DNA of 64,000 bases from assembly GCA_000146465.1 (NCBI GenBank), contig CP001950.1, one strand, 5' to 3'. Shown here piece after piece: positions 37,730-46,364 of this stretch. The stretch's first letter is position 1. Every line of letters starts with the position of its first letter. The notes under the pieces were generated by a model. The model was not told where the DNA came from and did no database searches. It saw only the letters and a program-made list of their open reading frames with translations. The translations under genes and the position numbers were made by a program.

Positions 37730-38183
37730 AACAAGCGTCAAGCTTAGCAAGCAAAGGAGATCAAGAGATGAGGATCTCAAGGTTGGATATGTTGAGTTTG
37801 AAACGGTTGAGGATACGGAAAAGGCCTATGGAGAGGGAAGCATCAAGGTTGGGGGAGAGATGAAGGCTCTACACTATGCAAAGAGAAAGGACCAAAGAAT
37901 GAGAGAACGGGTTGTTGTTTCTAACAAGAAGGTGTATATTTCTGGAATTCCCGAGGATACCGACAAGGACGAGCTTTCTGCACTCTTGGGAAATTGCAGG
38001 ATATCTGGAGGAGACAAGGGCAAAAGCTATCTTTTTGCAGAGTATGACAACAGCGAGGAACAGGAGAAGGCACTGAACAGAATCAATAACTCGAAGATCA
38101 AAGGCTCTAAGTTGTTTGCAACTCAAGCATATGAAAAGGCAAACATTGGAAGAACTGGTAGAAAGAGGAGCGATTCCAATTAA
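37730..38183 (+). CDS. RRM RNA-binding protein, exon 2
   Basis: RNP1-like GYVEFETVEDTEKAY closes RRM1. A second RRM follows: KVYISGIPEDTDKDELSALLGNC...KSYLFAEYDNSEEQEKAL...IKGSKLF. Confidence 0.7.
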
Positions 38184-38267
38184 ACAGGTTTTAGTTTTTA
38201 CACTATGTTCTAGGCAGTCCGTTACTCCTGGGGTTTGATTATATTTTTTCAGCTTTCTGGCCGTGAG

Positions 38268-39131
38268 ATGTCTTGCTTTGACTCCACGCTTGTGGTGGAA
38301 ACAGACGCAGTGAAGGATTTCAAGCTTCCCCACACACGGCAGATGATTCTTGTGAAGAATGTGTCTTCTATCCAGAGTTCCCCATTTCCCAAGTATCTCC
38401 ATGTGTTTGGTAGAAGCTGTATGTCCTATCAGCTTGCTCCATTCAAGTTGCTCAGAACTTTTGAGTACAGCGAAGATGTGATGGATGCAGTGGCCATCCG
38501 AGGCAAGATGGCTGTTCTCTCTAGAGACTCGATAGTTGTCTGGAACAAAGGGAAAGAGCAAGTTATTGCAGGGAAGTTTGATGGAAGACTCTCAGAAGTA
38601 GACGGGTGCCTCGGAGTTCAGGAACGGGCCAAGTTGTCGGTGTATTCGTTGGAGACGTTGGAGGTGATGAAGGTGTACAAGGCAAATGCCCACTGTTCAA
38701 TAAGAGACGTGCTTGTGACATCTCTGGATAATCTGGTTTCTTTGTACTTCAAGGGGGGAAAGATACTTGAGATTTCGATGCCGGAGGCAATATGTAAGCT
38801 GTGCACCGACCCACTACTTACAAACATATACTGTGGAACAGGTAGTGGAACCATATTCTGCTGCAACACAAGCAATGGAGAGCCAAGTAGTATGAAGTAC
38901 CATAGAAGCCAGGTTGTGGGGCTGGGCATAAGTTTCTGTGGAAAGTACTTGTACTCTGCAGACATGGAGGGTCTTGTGTGCATATGGGATACAAAGTTCA
39001 ACACGGTGGTTGGAAAAGTGTCCATGGAGTCGGAAATAAGGAGGATGAAAGTGGTATATGTCTCCGAGTGGAGAAAAGCTCTGGACACGCCAGAGGATGA
39101 TCTAATAATTCCAGGGGGGACAACAAAATAA
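38268..39131 (+). CDS. WD40-repeat protein (hypothetical)
   Basis: C-terminal WD-like repeat GLVCIWDTKFNTVVGKV and earlier beta-propeller-like repeats. Start placed at Met of MSCFDS. Confidence 0.45.
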   Translation: MSCFDSTLVVETDAVKDFKLPHTRQMILVKNVSSIQSSPFPKYLHVFGRSCMSYQLAPFKLLRTFEYSEDVMDAVAIRGKMAVLSRDSIVVWNKGKEQVIAGKFDGRLSEVDGCLGVQERAKLSVYSLETLEVMKVYKANAHCSIRDVLVTSLDNLVSLYFKGGKILEISMPEAICKLCTDPLLTNIYCGTGSGTIFCCNTSNGEPSSMKYHRSQVVGLGISFCGKYLYSADMEGLVCIWDTKFNTVVGKVSMESEIRRMKVVYVSEWRKALDTPEDDLIIPGGTTK

Positions 39132-39212
39132 AAACGGTGAAGAGACCAAAGGTTTTATTATATTGATCAGATATTTAAAAAGTACAGGACATACGTCTCT
39201 AGAGTAGTACAG

Positions 39213-39821
39213 TCAGCAACACTTACTATTAACCTTTCTATTTGGATTCCCGCGAGAGGAAAGAGGGCTGTCAATGTCCCATTTTTGGCCTAGTGCCTGC
39301 TTCTTAAGGAGGATCATTGCCATGTCTTCAAAGATGTTGTTTACATTTTCTCCTGTCTTGGCACTTGTAGTGTAGTACCTTGCCTTCATTTCATCTGCCT
39401 TCTCTCTGAACCTACCTTCCATTGCTTTGTACGAAGCGCTGTCCACCTTGTCCCTTTTGTTTCCAACAAGAAACAAGGGAACACCTCCAGTCTCTTCTCT
39501 TATACGCCCAAACCATCTGTCCACACACGAGAATGTTCTTTCGTCACTGATGTCAAAAATAAGGAGTATCCCGTCTGCATTTCTATAGTAGCTCTTTGTT
39601 ATAGAGAAAAACCTCTCCTGCCCGGCGGTGTCCCAGATGTTAAGCATAATGTTCTTCCCGTTCAGAACTATACTCTTGGAGACTGTGTCCACTCCAATTG
39701 TTGTCATCAAAGACTGCTTGAAGTCGTCTTCCTTGTACTTGTGGAGAAGACATGTCTTCCCTACATCGCTTTCTCCTAAGACTATTATCTTGTAGCGGTA
39801 GTCTATCCGTGGAGCAGCCAT
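39213..39821 (-). CDS. Rab-family small GTPase
   Basis: GESDVGKT (P-loop), TIGVD (switch I), WDTAGQE (switch II), GNKRD, and a C-terminal CC prenylation motif. Confidence 0.85.
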   Translation of the reverse strand: MAAPRIDYRYKIIVLGESDVGKTCLLHKYKEDDFKQSLMTTIGVDTVSKSIVLNGKNIMLNIWDTAGQERFFSITKSYYRNADGILLIFDISDERTFSCVDRWFGRIREETGGVPLFLVGNKRDKVDSASYKAMEGRFREKADEMKARYYTTSAKTGENVNNIFEDMAMILLKKQALGQKWDIDSPLSSRGNPNRKVNSKCC

Positions 39822-40006
39822 TCTGATTAGGGGCTTTGCTGTTATTTGCAATTGATCCTATCCTAGAAACCTGATTCTTTGTGATTGAGGTATTTGCAGC
39901 AGGCAGGCCAAGATGAGTCAAAACAAACCAATGTGTGATGTGATCTCCTTAAGAACAAATAAAAGAAAATTGACATCGATATAATAGGAAGCCGAGAATA
40001 AGGGTT

Positions 40007-43000
40007 ATGACGGATTTGATGGGGAGATTTCGGCACATATCGAAGGAACAGAGAAGAAGATACCCTCCCAACATTATAAGGAACCAGAAGTACAAGTGGT
40101 ATACGTTTATATTTGCGGTTCTTAGGCTGCAGTTCAGCCACTTCTTCAATACATTTCTTTTTTTTGTGTGCATGACGCAGTTGAAGAAAGAGTATCTTGT
40201 GTCCTCTCTTGTGGCTTCTGTCGGGCCCTGGGCGATGGTTCTCATGTTTTCACTTTTCAAAGAGGGAGTGGAGGACTACAAGAGGTATGAGAGAGACAAG
40301 GTTACTAACAATCAGTTGTACGCAAAGCTCACAAGCCAGGGGTTTGTCCGGGTGCCCAGCTCTCGGATAGAAGTTGGAGATCTGATCCTTCTGGAGAAGA
40401 ATGAGCGTGTTCCTGCAGATATGGTTCTCTTGAAGGCTTCAGACGTGTCTGGAAATGTGTTTGTAAGAACAGACCAGCTGGATGGAGAGACGGACTGGAA
40501 GTTGAAGTTGTCGATTCCAAGGATACAGTCAGCAACATTTGACGAGGTTCGGAGATTGAGTATACTTGCAGAGCAACCAAACAAAAACATATACTCATTT
40601 GTAGGGAAGATTAAGATAGGAAGATTTTCACCGGAAGAGCTTGAGGAAGTTGAAGAAGAAGATGGAGAGAAAGAAAGGTTTGCAAGCTGGCTGGAAAGGT
40701 TTTTAGAGTTTGACTTTGGTAGAGAGGAGTCGGAAGCTGACGAGATGGAGAAGCCTAGAGACGTCTCTTGGGTCTATTCCTCGTCTACCCAGAGCAGTGA
40801 GGAGAATGGGTCTCGAGAGAACAGTCTGAAGACCCCTAGCGAGGTAAGTGAGAATTCTGTCTCTTCGGAGACGGCAGAAGGCCTTGAAGTGGGAAACGAA
40901 AGCAACATAGGAAGCGAAGCAGGGGACATTGATGCAAGTTTGAGAGACCAAGAGGGAGGAGAGAACATTGCTGAGGTGCTTAACTGCGAGAATATGCTAT
41001 GGATGAATACAGTTGTTGCAACATGCTCAGTTCTTGGGTGTGTTGTATACACGGGAAAGGATGCAAAAGCAATGCTCAACACCACTCAGCCAAGAAATAA
41101 GATAGGAAAAATAGAACTGGAGTTGAACGGATATATGAAGGTGCTAGGGATTGGATGCATGGTGCTTGCGGGAGTGTTTACATACATGCGGGGGCTTGAA
41201 TCAAGACCCGACATTATATTTATCCGGTTTCTTGTGCTGTTTTCGTCGGTGATACCTATTTCTTTGAGGATCACAGTGGATTGGGCGAGATACTGCTATG
41301 GGCGATACATAAGCAGGGATGAGAAGATAGAAGGAGCAATGATGCGATCAAATGGACTGCCTGAGGAGCTTGGGAGAGTGTCGTACTTCCTTACAGACAA
41401 GACAGGGACACTGACCAAGAATGAGATGGAAATGAAGAAAATACATCTTGGGACGATATGTTACACAAAGGAGCTAAACAGGGAGATCAGTAAGAATCTG
41501 GCCAAGGTGCTTAACAGCAGAAGCGATGGAAAAAAGGTGTTTTCCAGAGGTAAGAAGAACATCAACGCAAGGGTATACGACCTGGTCCAAGCACTTAGTG
41601 TTTGCCATAATGTTACACCTGTTGTTTCTGAGAACGAGGTAAGCTATCAAGCGTCAAGCCCCGATGAGGTTGCAATTGTCCAGTGGACAGAGTGTGTGGG
41701 AATGAAGCTATATAAAAGGGATCGGTCGACGATAGTTATAAGAGACCCTCTGAATGATGAACAAGAGTACCGGGTGCTCTATACTTTTCCATTCACCAGC
41801 GAGACAAAGAGAATGGGGATTATTGTAAGGTACAACGAGGAGATAATATTCTTTTTGAAGGGGGCTGATGTGGTGATGAAAAAGATAGTAAAAGGCAACG
41901 ATTGGGTTGAGGAAGAGGCAGATAACATGGCCCGGGATGGGTTAAGAACACTTGTCATAGCAAAGAAGGTTCTCAGCAAGAAGGAGTTTGAGACCTTTGA
42001 GGAAATGTACAACAAAGCGTGGATGAGTCTAGTCGATAGGGCTGAGGCAATAAACAAAGCAATGGAAACCATTGAGAACGACATGAGTGTTCTTGGGATA
42101 ACAGGGGTTGAAGACAAGCTTCAGGAAGATGTTAAGGTTACACTCGAGAATCTAAGGAATGCAGAAATGAAGATTTGGATGCTTACAGGAGACAAGATAG
42201 AGACAGCCATTTCTATTGCAAGGTCCTCGCGGATCTTCCATAGAGGAACCTCATACCTGGTGATCAGCAATGCAAGTTCTGTGGGAGATGTTAAGACAAA
42301 GCTTGACCTGCTCCGCGGCTCTGGATACAACTCCCTAGTTATCGACGGCCAAAGCTTGTCGTTTGTAATTGAGAGCTGCATGGACGAATTTATTGAGGTT
42401 GTCTCGGGGTTAGAATCTGTGGTAGGGTGTCGGTACACTCCCACACAGAAGGCGGCAGTTGCAAGAGAATTGAAGAGAAAGACCAAGAAATGTGTGTGCT
42501 GCATCGGAGATGGAGGGAACGACGTCTCGATGATAACGGAAGCAAATGTGGGAATAGGAATAGTGGGGAAGGAGGGAAACCAAGCATCGCTGGCTGCAGA
42601 CTTCAGTATAAATAAGTTTTGCCATGTGTCGGACCTTCTCTTCTGGCACGGGAGAAATTCGTATCAAAGAACAGCAAAGATAGCCCATCTGATAATTCAC
42701 AGAGGGCTTACCCTTACTGTGATTCAGGCAATTTTCTGCTCTCTCATCTACTTTGTCCCGGTGGGTCTTTTCCGAGGAGAGCTTCTTATGATGTTTATAA
42801 CAGTCTACACCTTTCTTCCAATATTTTCCATCATATGCTCAAGCGATATAAGCAGAAGCGTTGTCGTCAAGTTTCCAGAGCTCTACAAGGAACTGGTGGA
42901 GAACAAGCTCCTGTCGTTTAGACATTTTTCGGTATGGATCCTGATATCATTTTACCAGGGAACAATCATGATGATAACATTCTATCTTCTGAAACAAGAG

Positions 43001-43300
43001 TTCTTTATTATTTCGACACTGACCTTCACAAGCCTAATAATCAACGAGCTTCTGATGGTGATACTAACAACCACTCGGATGACGTCCTTGGTGTTTATAT
43101 CTTCTGGGATGTCACTTGCCATCTATGTCGTTTACTTTATCCTTAGAAAAGGTCTTCTAAGATACCAGAAGCCTTTTTATCTCTTTCTGTTGAAGATTGT
43201 GGTTGTAAACGCTCTTGCAATACTGGTCAGTGTAATCCAGAAGCTCTGGACCAAGTATATGAGCCCTCCAACCTACTCAAAACTAGAGGTTTTGGTATGA
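40007..43300 (+). CDS. P4-type ATPase (phospholipid flippase, Drs2/Neo1 family) with acidic low-complexity insertion
   Basis: DKTGTLT phosphorylation motif, TGDKIETA, and GDGGNDV. Ten TM segments and the P4 N-terminal motif NIIRNQKYKWYTF. An about 120-aa E/S-rich insert lies at nt 40600..40990. Confidence 0.9.
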   Translation: MTDLMGRFRHISKEQRRRYPPNIIRNQKYKWYTFIFAVLRLQFSHFFNTFLFFVCMTQLKKEYLVSSLVASVGPWAMVLMFSLFKEGVEDYKRYERDKVTNNQLYAKLTSQGFVRVPSSRIEVGDLILLEKNERVPADMVLLKASDVSGNVFVRTDQLDGETDWKLKLSIPRIQSATFDEVRRLSILAEQPNKNIYSFVGKIKIGRFSPEELEEVEEEDGEKERFASWLERFLEFDFGREESEADEMEKPRDVSWVYSSSTQSSEENGSRENSLKTPSEVSENSVSSETAEGLEVGNESNIGSEAGDIDASLRDQEGGENIAEVLNCENMLWMNTVVATCSVLGCVVYTGKDAKAMLNTTQPRNKIGKIELELNGYMKVLGIGCMVLAGVFTYMRGLESRPDIIFIRFLVLFSSVIPISLRITVDWARYCYGRYISRDEKIEGAMMRSNGLPEELGRVSYFLTDKTGTLTKNEMEMKKIHLGTICYTKELNREISKNLAKVLNSRSDGKKVFSRGKKNINARVYDLVQALSVCHNVTPVVSENEVSYQASSPDEVAIVQWTECVGMKLYKRDRSTIVIRDPLNDEQEYRVLYTFPFTSETKRMGIIVRYNEEIIFFLKGADVVMKKIVKGNDWVEEEADNMARDGLRTLVIAKKVLSKKEFETFEEMYNKAWMSLVDRAEAINKAMETIENDMSVLGITGVEDKLQEDVKVTLENLRNAEMKIWMLTGDKIETAISIARSSRIFHRGTSYLVISNASSVGDVKTKLDLLRGSGYNSLVIDGQSLSFVIESCMDEFIEVVSGLESVVGCRYTPTQKAAVARELKRKTKKCVCCIGDGGNDVSMITEANVGIGIVGKEGNQASLAADFSINKFCHVSDLLFWHGRNSYQRTAKIAHLIIHRGLTLTVIQAIFCSLIYFVPVGLFRGELLMMFITVYTFLPIFSIICSSDISRSVVVKFPELYKELVENKLLSFRHFSVWILISFYQGTIMMITFYLLKQEFFIISTLTFTSLIINELLMVILTTTRMTSLVFISSGMSLAIYVVYFILRKGLLRYQKPFYLFLLKIVVVNALAILVSVIQKLWTKYMSPPTYSKLEVLV

Positions 43301-43373
43301 GCTTCTGGCTTATCAATAAATACAGGTAATTAGAAGAAGGCACTTTAAAACTAAGCATTCAAGGAGGGCTGTT

Positions 43374-43919
43374 TTAATCTGTTGAGGAGACTTGTTCCCG
43401 TTCTGTCCCTGTCTTGACAATTTCTCCAAAGAACAGATTCAGGAGGAATCTTGCAATTGAAGTATGATATATCCTGTAGAAAGGATTACATCTGAGATCC
43501 AGCATTCTCAAAGAGCCTATCCCCTCCTTCCTAAGCTTCAAGAGATACCATGGGAAAAACCTTAATCTGTTATTAGATAGATTGAGTACCTTCAGATTCT
43601 TCATATTTTTCATCGAGCGCGGGAGCCTTCTTATCCTATTGTTAGAAGCATCTACCTCTTCAATCCACTCCAGACACCCAAAATCTGAGGGTAATTCCTT
43701 CAGCTTATTATCTGAAAGATCGAGTTTCCTGATCTTCTTGTTCCTTTTCAGGGCCTCCATCATTTCAGGAGATATGAACTCAAGGTCCATATCATGGAGA
43801 TCGCAGATTTTCAAATCTTCTAAGTTTTTAATGATACTTAGTGCTTCGTTCATATTGTCTGAGCACAAGACATGCATCAGAAAAAAAGGCAAAATGCTGA
43901 TCCTGAGTTTAGTATTCAT
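43374..43919 (-). CDS. secreted leucine-rich-repeat protein
   Basis: N-terminal signal peptide MNTKLRISILPFFLMHVLCS. LRR units (LDLSDNKLKELPSDFGCL, VDASNNRIRRLPRSMKNMKNLKVLNLSNNRLRFFP, LRMLDLRCNPF). Confidence 0.6.
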   Translation of the reverse strand: MNTKLRISILPFFLMHVLCSDNMNEALSIIKNLEDLKICDLHDMDLEFISPEMMEALKRNKKIRKLDLSDNKLKELPSDFGCLEWIEEVDASNNRIRRLPRSMKNMKNLKVLNLSNNRLRFFPWYLLKLRKEGIGSLRMLDLRCNPFYRIYHTSIARFLLNLFFGEIVKTGTEREQVSSTD

Positions 43920-43981
43920 TAGAAGGGAGAATTTTTGCTTTATTTTAATAAAAATTTAATTCTACTACATAAAAGTCTAAT

Positions 43982-44719
43982 CTACCATCTTCTAACTCTT
44001 GGGTACTCCTCGTCCCTCCTTCCCTTCGTTCGCTTAGAATGGTTGTGGTTTCCTTGTCCATCCAATCTTCTTCTAGACATTCCATAACTTTCATGAGGAT
44101 TTCCGTTTCTTATCGGCCCCTTTCTCAGGTTCTCTCCCGAGGCTTTGGCCCCACCATCAAACCAAGTGCTTTTTGTTCCTTTCTCTCCATACAATAGTCC
44201 CTGGGATTCAAACAATTCCTCTGCAAGATCGGTAGACACTCGGGCAGAGTGTATGAAACCACACTTCTCTCCCTTTTCGCACTTCTCCTTCTCATTGTCT
44301 GTGCACATTCCATCGTCTATCCTGTAGCAGTTTCCAAGTTCTGCAGCTATTCTCCTCCCGCTGTAGTATCTCTTTCCAATTTCTTCAACACATCTTAGTG
44401 CTGTCTTCTCTTCTTCAAACTCAATGTAGATATTTCCTAGGAGCTGGGAAGAGCTGTTGGAAGCAATAACAAGTCTTCGAATGGACCCATATCTTATAGA
44501 CAGCTCGGAAAACCAATCTTCGTAGAAAAGATCAAGATGGATCTGGATGGATTCCTTGCTCAGTGTGGATTCTGGATCATTCTTAGGATACAAGTACATT
44601 CCTTTTACAACAACAACCTTGCCTCTTATAGGAATCCGATGGGCTTTTGTGCACTCAAGACCATATCTGCATGCATTGGTTTTTGAGTAAAAAAGACATG
44701 TGTCTCTCCCTGTAGCCAT
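43982..44719 (-). CDS. U2AF1: U2 snRNP auxiliary factor small subunit (U2AF35-like: ZnF-RRM-ZnF)
   Basis: CLFYSKTNACRYGLECTKAHRIP (C3H1 finger 1); LGNIYIEFEEEKTALRCVEEIGKRYYSGRRIAAEL (UHM); CTDNEKEKCEKGEKCGFIH (finger 2). Collinear with human U2AF1. Confidence 0.75.
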   Translation of the reverse strand: MATGRDTCLFYSKTNACRYGLECTKAHRIPIRGKVVVVKGMYLYPKNDPESTLSKESIQIHLDLFYEDWFSELSIRYGSIRRLVIASNSSSQLLGNIYIEFEEEKTALRCVEEIGKRYYSGRRIAAELGNCYRIDDGMCTDNEKEKCEKGEKCGFIHSARVSTDLAEELFESQGLLYGEKGTKSTWFDGGAKASGENLRKGPIRNGNPHESYGMSRRRLDGQGNHNHSKRTKGRRDEEYPRVRRW

Positions 44720-44796
44720 TTGCTCTGGGGACTCTCGGCCGATGAAATTCTGCAGAGATTTGATATAAACTCAAATTTCTTCCCTATAAAGGCATT

Positions 44797-45258
44797 ATGG
44801 AGAGCGAAGTAAAAATTTCCATTACAACCTTGGCAAAGGAAATCTATTCTGGAGTTCTTGGTAGATACGCATCTGGGAAATACGTTATTCTGAAGAATGT
44901 GGTCCGAAGGCATCCGGGATCTACTGATAACAGGAGAGATGTCTTTGTCTATCCAGTCATGAGGTTTAAGATAGAAAATATCGGAGAAATCGGAATCACA
45001 TGGACTCCAAACAGTGGTGGAAAGGAGAATGGGCTTCTGGTTTTGGAAAGCTTGGGGAGTAAGGCTAGAATTCTTGAGGCCGGGGGAGATAAAGGGATAT
45101 GTTCAAGGTCCAGTGGAAGCCCGGAGGGTCTGGAAGGAACCAGAGGCGAAGTGGTGGAAAGGATTCTGGATACGCATAGGAGTCCTAGGATAGAGAGGTT
45201 GTTTAGGAGGCTTGACCTAGACTGTATGCCCAGCAGAGCAACCCGGCAAATAAGATGA
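44797..45258 (+). CDS. hypothetical protein
   Basis: 153-aa ORF in the expected intergenic position. No motif recognised. Confidence 0.3.
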   Translation: MESEVKISITTLAKEIYSGVLGRYASGKYVILKNVVRRHPGSTDNRRDVFVYPVMRFKIENIGEIGITWTPNSGGKENGLLVLESLGSKARILEAGGDKGICSRSSGSPEGLEGTRGEVVERILDTHRSPRIERLFRRLDLDCMPSRATRQIR

Positions 45259-45356
45259 TTTCGTTTGGTGAATAAACATCTCTGCTGCAGAACATTGGGC
45301 TGACTTCTCCTGGAGAGTCCCTGAGATATACCCTTTTATTATGACAAATCATCTAA

Positions 45357-46133
45357 TTGATAAAGCTAAGTTTAAAGAAACCAAGTCTATGGGTTTCAAT
45401 GTCAACAACAAACAGTGATGAAGACCAGAAGAGGATTCTTTACGAGTCTCTTTGCACAGTCGAGGCTGAGAACCTAAGCGAGGCGTGCACCAACGCCATA
45501 GAAGGGAAACGAACAGAGACGGGAAAAAAAGCTCATATCATAAGATTTATTGGAGAGATGTGCTGCTGTGGAGACATGTTTGACACAGATGCATTTATAA
45601 ACGAGTCTGTTTTTTCAGCCATGGCATATATAGAAAAGGACATTTCCGGCGTCAAGGATGTGTTCATCAGTGCCGAGTCGGAGGAAAACTCTAACAACTG
45701 TGCAAAGTTACTTGAACTGAATGAGAAGATAGAGTATTCCTCTGTCCATCCAAAGGATGTTGCAATGGGATTCCGAATTTATACTGAGGAAAACATAAAG
45801 AACGTAATCCCGCACAATGTTCGAAAAAAGGTTATTGAAGCGTACAGGAACAATGATGAGGAAAAGAAGAAAACAATAATCCCTCGAATCCCGTTTGTGA
45901 TAGGAGATTCGAAGAGGATGTTTCTTAAGTCTCTGAAAAGCATTTTCCTTGCGATCGAGGCAAACAATAAGGACGAGGGAGCTAATGTGGAGAAGATATA
46001 CAGGATATTTGGGTCCCTTATTATAAGAAGGCCTGATGGGATGCTTGACACAGATGGAGAAACATTGAAGATGATACTGATGGACTTGATGAAAGCCGAT
46101 TTTGATGAATTCCCTGTTTCATTCTACTCATGA
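45357..46133 (+). CDS. hypothetical protein
   Basis: 258-aa ORF. No motif recognised. The start may be the second Met (45399). Confidence 0.35.
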   Translation: MIKLSLKKPSLWVSMSTTNSDEDQKRILYESLCTVEAENLSEACTNAIEGKRTETGKKAHIIRFIGEMCCCGDMFDTDAFINESVFSAMAYIEKDISGVKDVFISAESEENSNNCAKLLELNEKIEYSSVHPKDVAMGFRIYTEENIKNVIPHNVRKKVIEAYRNNDEEKKKTIIPRIPFVIGDSKRMFLKSLKSIFLAIEANNKDEGANVEKIYRIFGSLIIRRPDGMLDTDGETLKMILMDLMKADFDEFPVSFYS

Positions 46134-46201
46134 AGGGCTGTCACCTTAGGATGTTTGAACTTTATAATAAATCAGCTTCTATGTCTGAAAATGCAAAAGG
46201 A

Positions 46202-46274
46202 CGTTCCGGGTGGGACTCGAACCCACGACCTCAGCTTTAGGAGAGCCGCGCTCTACCAACTGAGCTACAGGAAC
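46202..46274 (-). tRNA. tRNA-Arg (anticodon CCU)
   Basis: The minus strand folds as GTTCCTG / TA / GCTC-AGTTGGTA-GAGC / G / CGGCT-CTCCTAA-AGCTG / AGGTC / GTGGG-TTCGAGT-CCCAC / CCGGAAC-G. The 7-nt loop has CCT at positions 34-36. One U6:C67 acceptor-stem mismatch. Internal A/B-box-like GGTAGAGC and GGTTCGAGTCC are present. Confidence 0.8.
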
Positions 46275-46364
46275 TGTACCATGGCAGGGGAGGTTCCATC
46301 ACGCCGACTCTGCCTGGACGGGGATTCTAAAGGATACATTGTGCCACCAAACACTATCCCCAGG

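Noticed and set aside
37869-38561. 230-aa minus-strand ORF overlapping the RRM gene and the WD40 gene
   Set aside because: Overlaps two better-supported + strand genes and has no motif; likely spurious.
40845-40851. GTAAGTG inside the P4-ATPase ORF as a possible second intron
   Set aside because: No branch-site or acceptor combination downstream. The ORF is continuous, and the region is a low-complexity acidic insert.
46155-46364. N-terminal 70-aa extension of the RuvBL2 ORF
   Set aside because: Reads antisense through a well-formed tRNA-Arg. The conserved RuvBL N-terminus begins at the Met at 46365, preceded by a CCC box.
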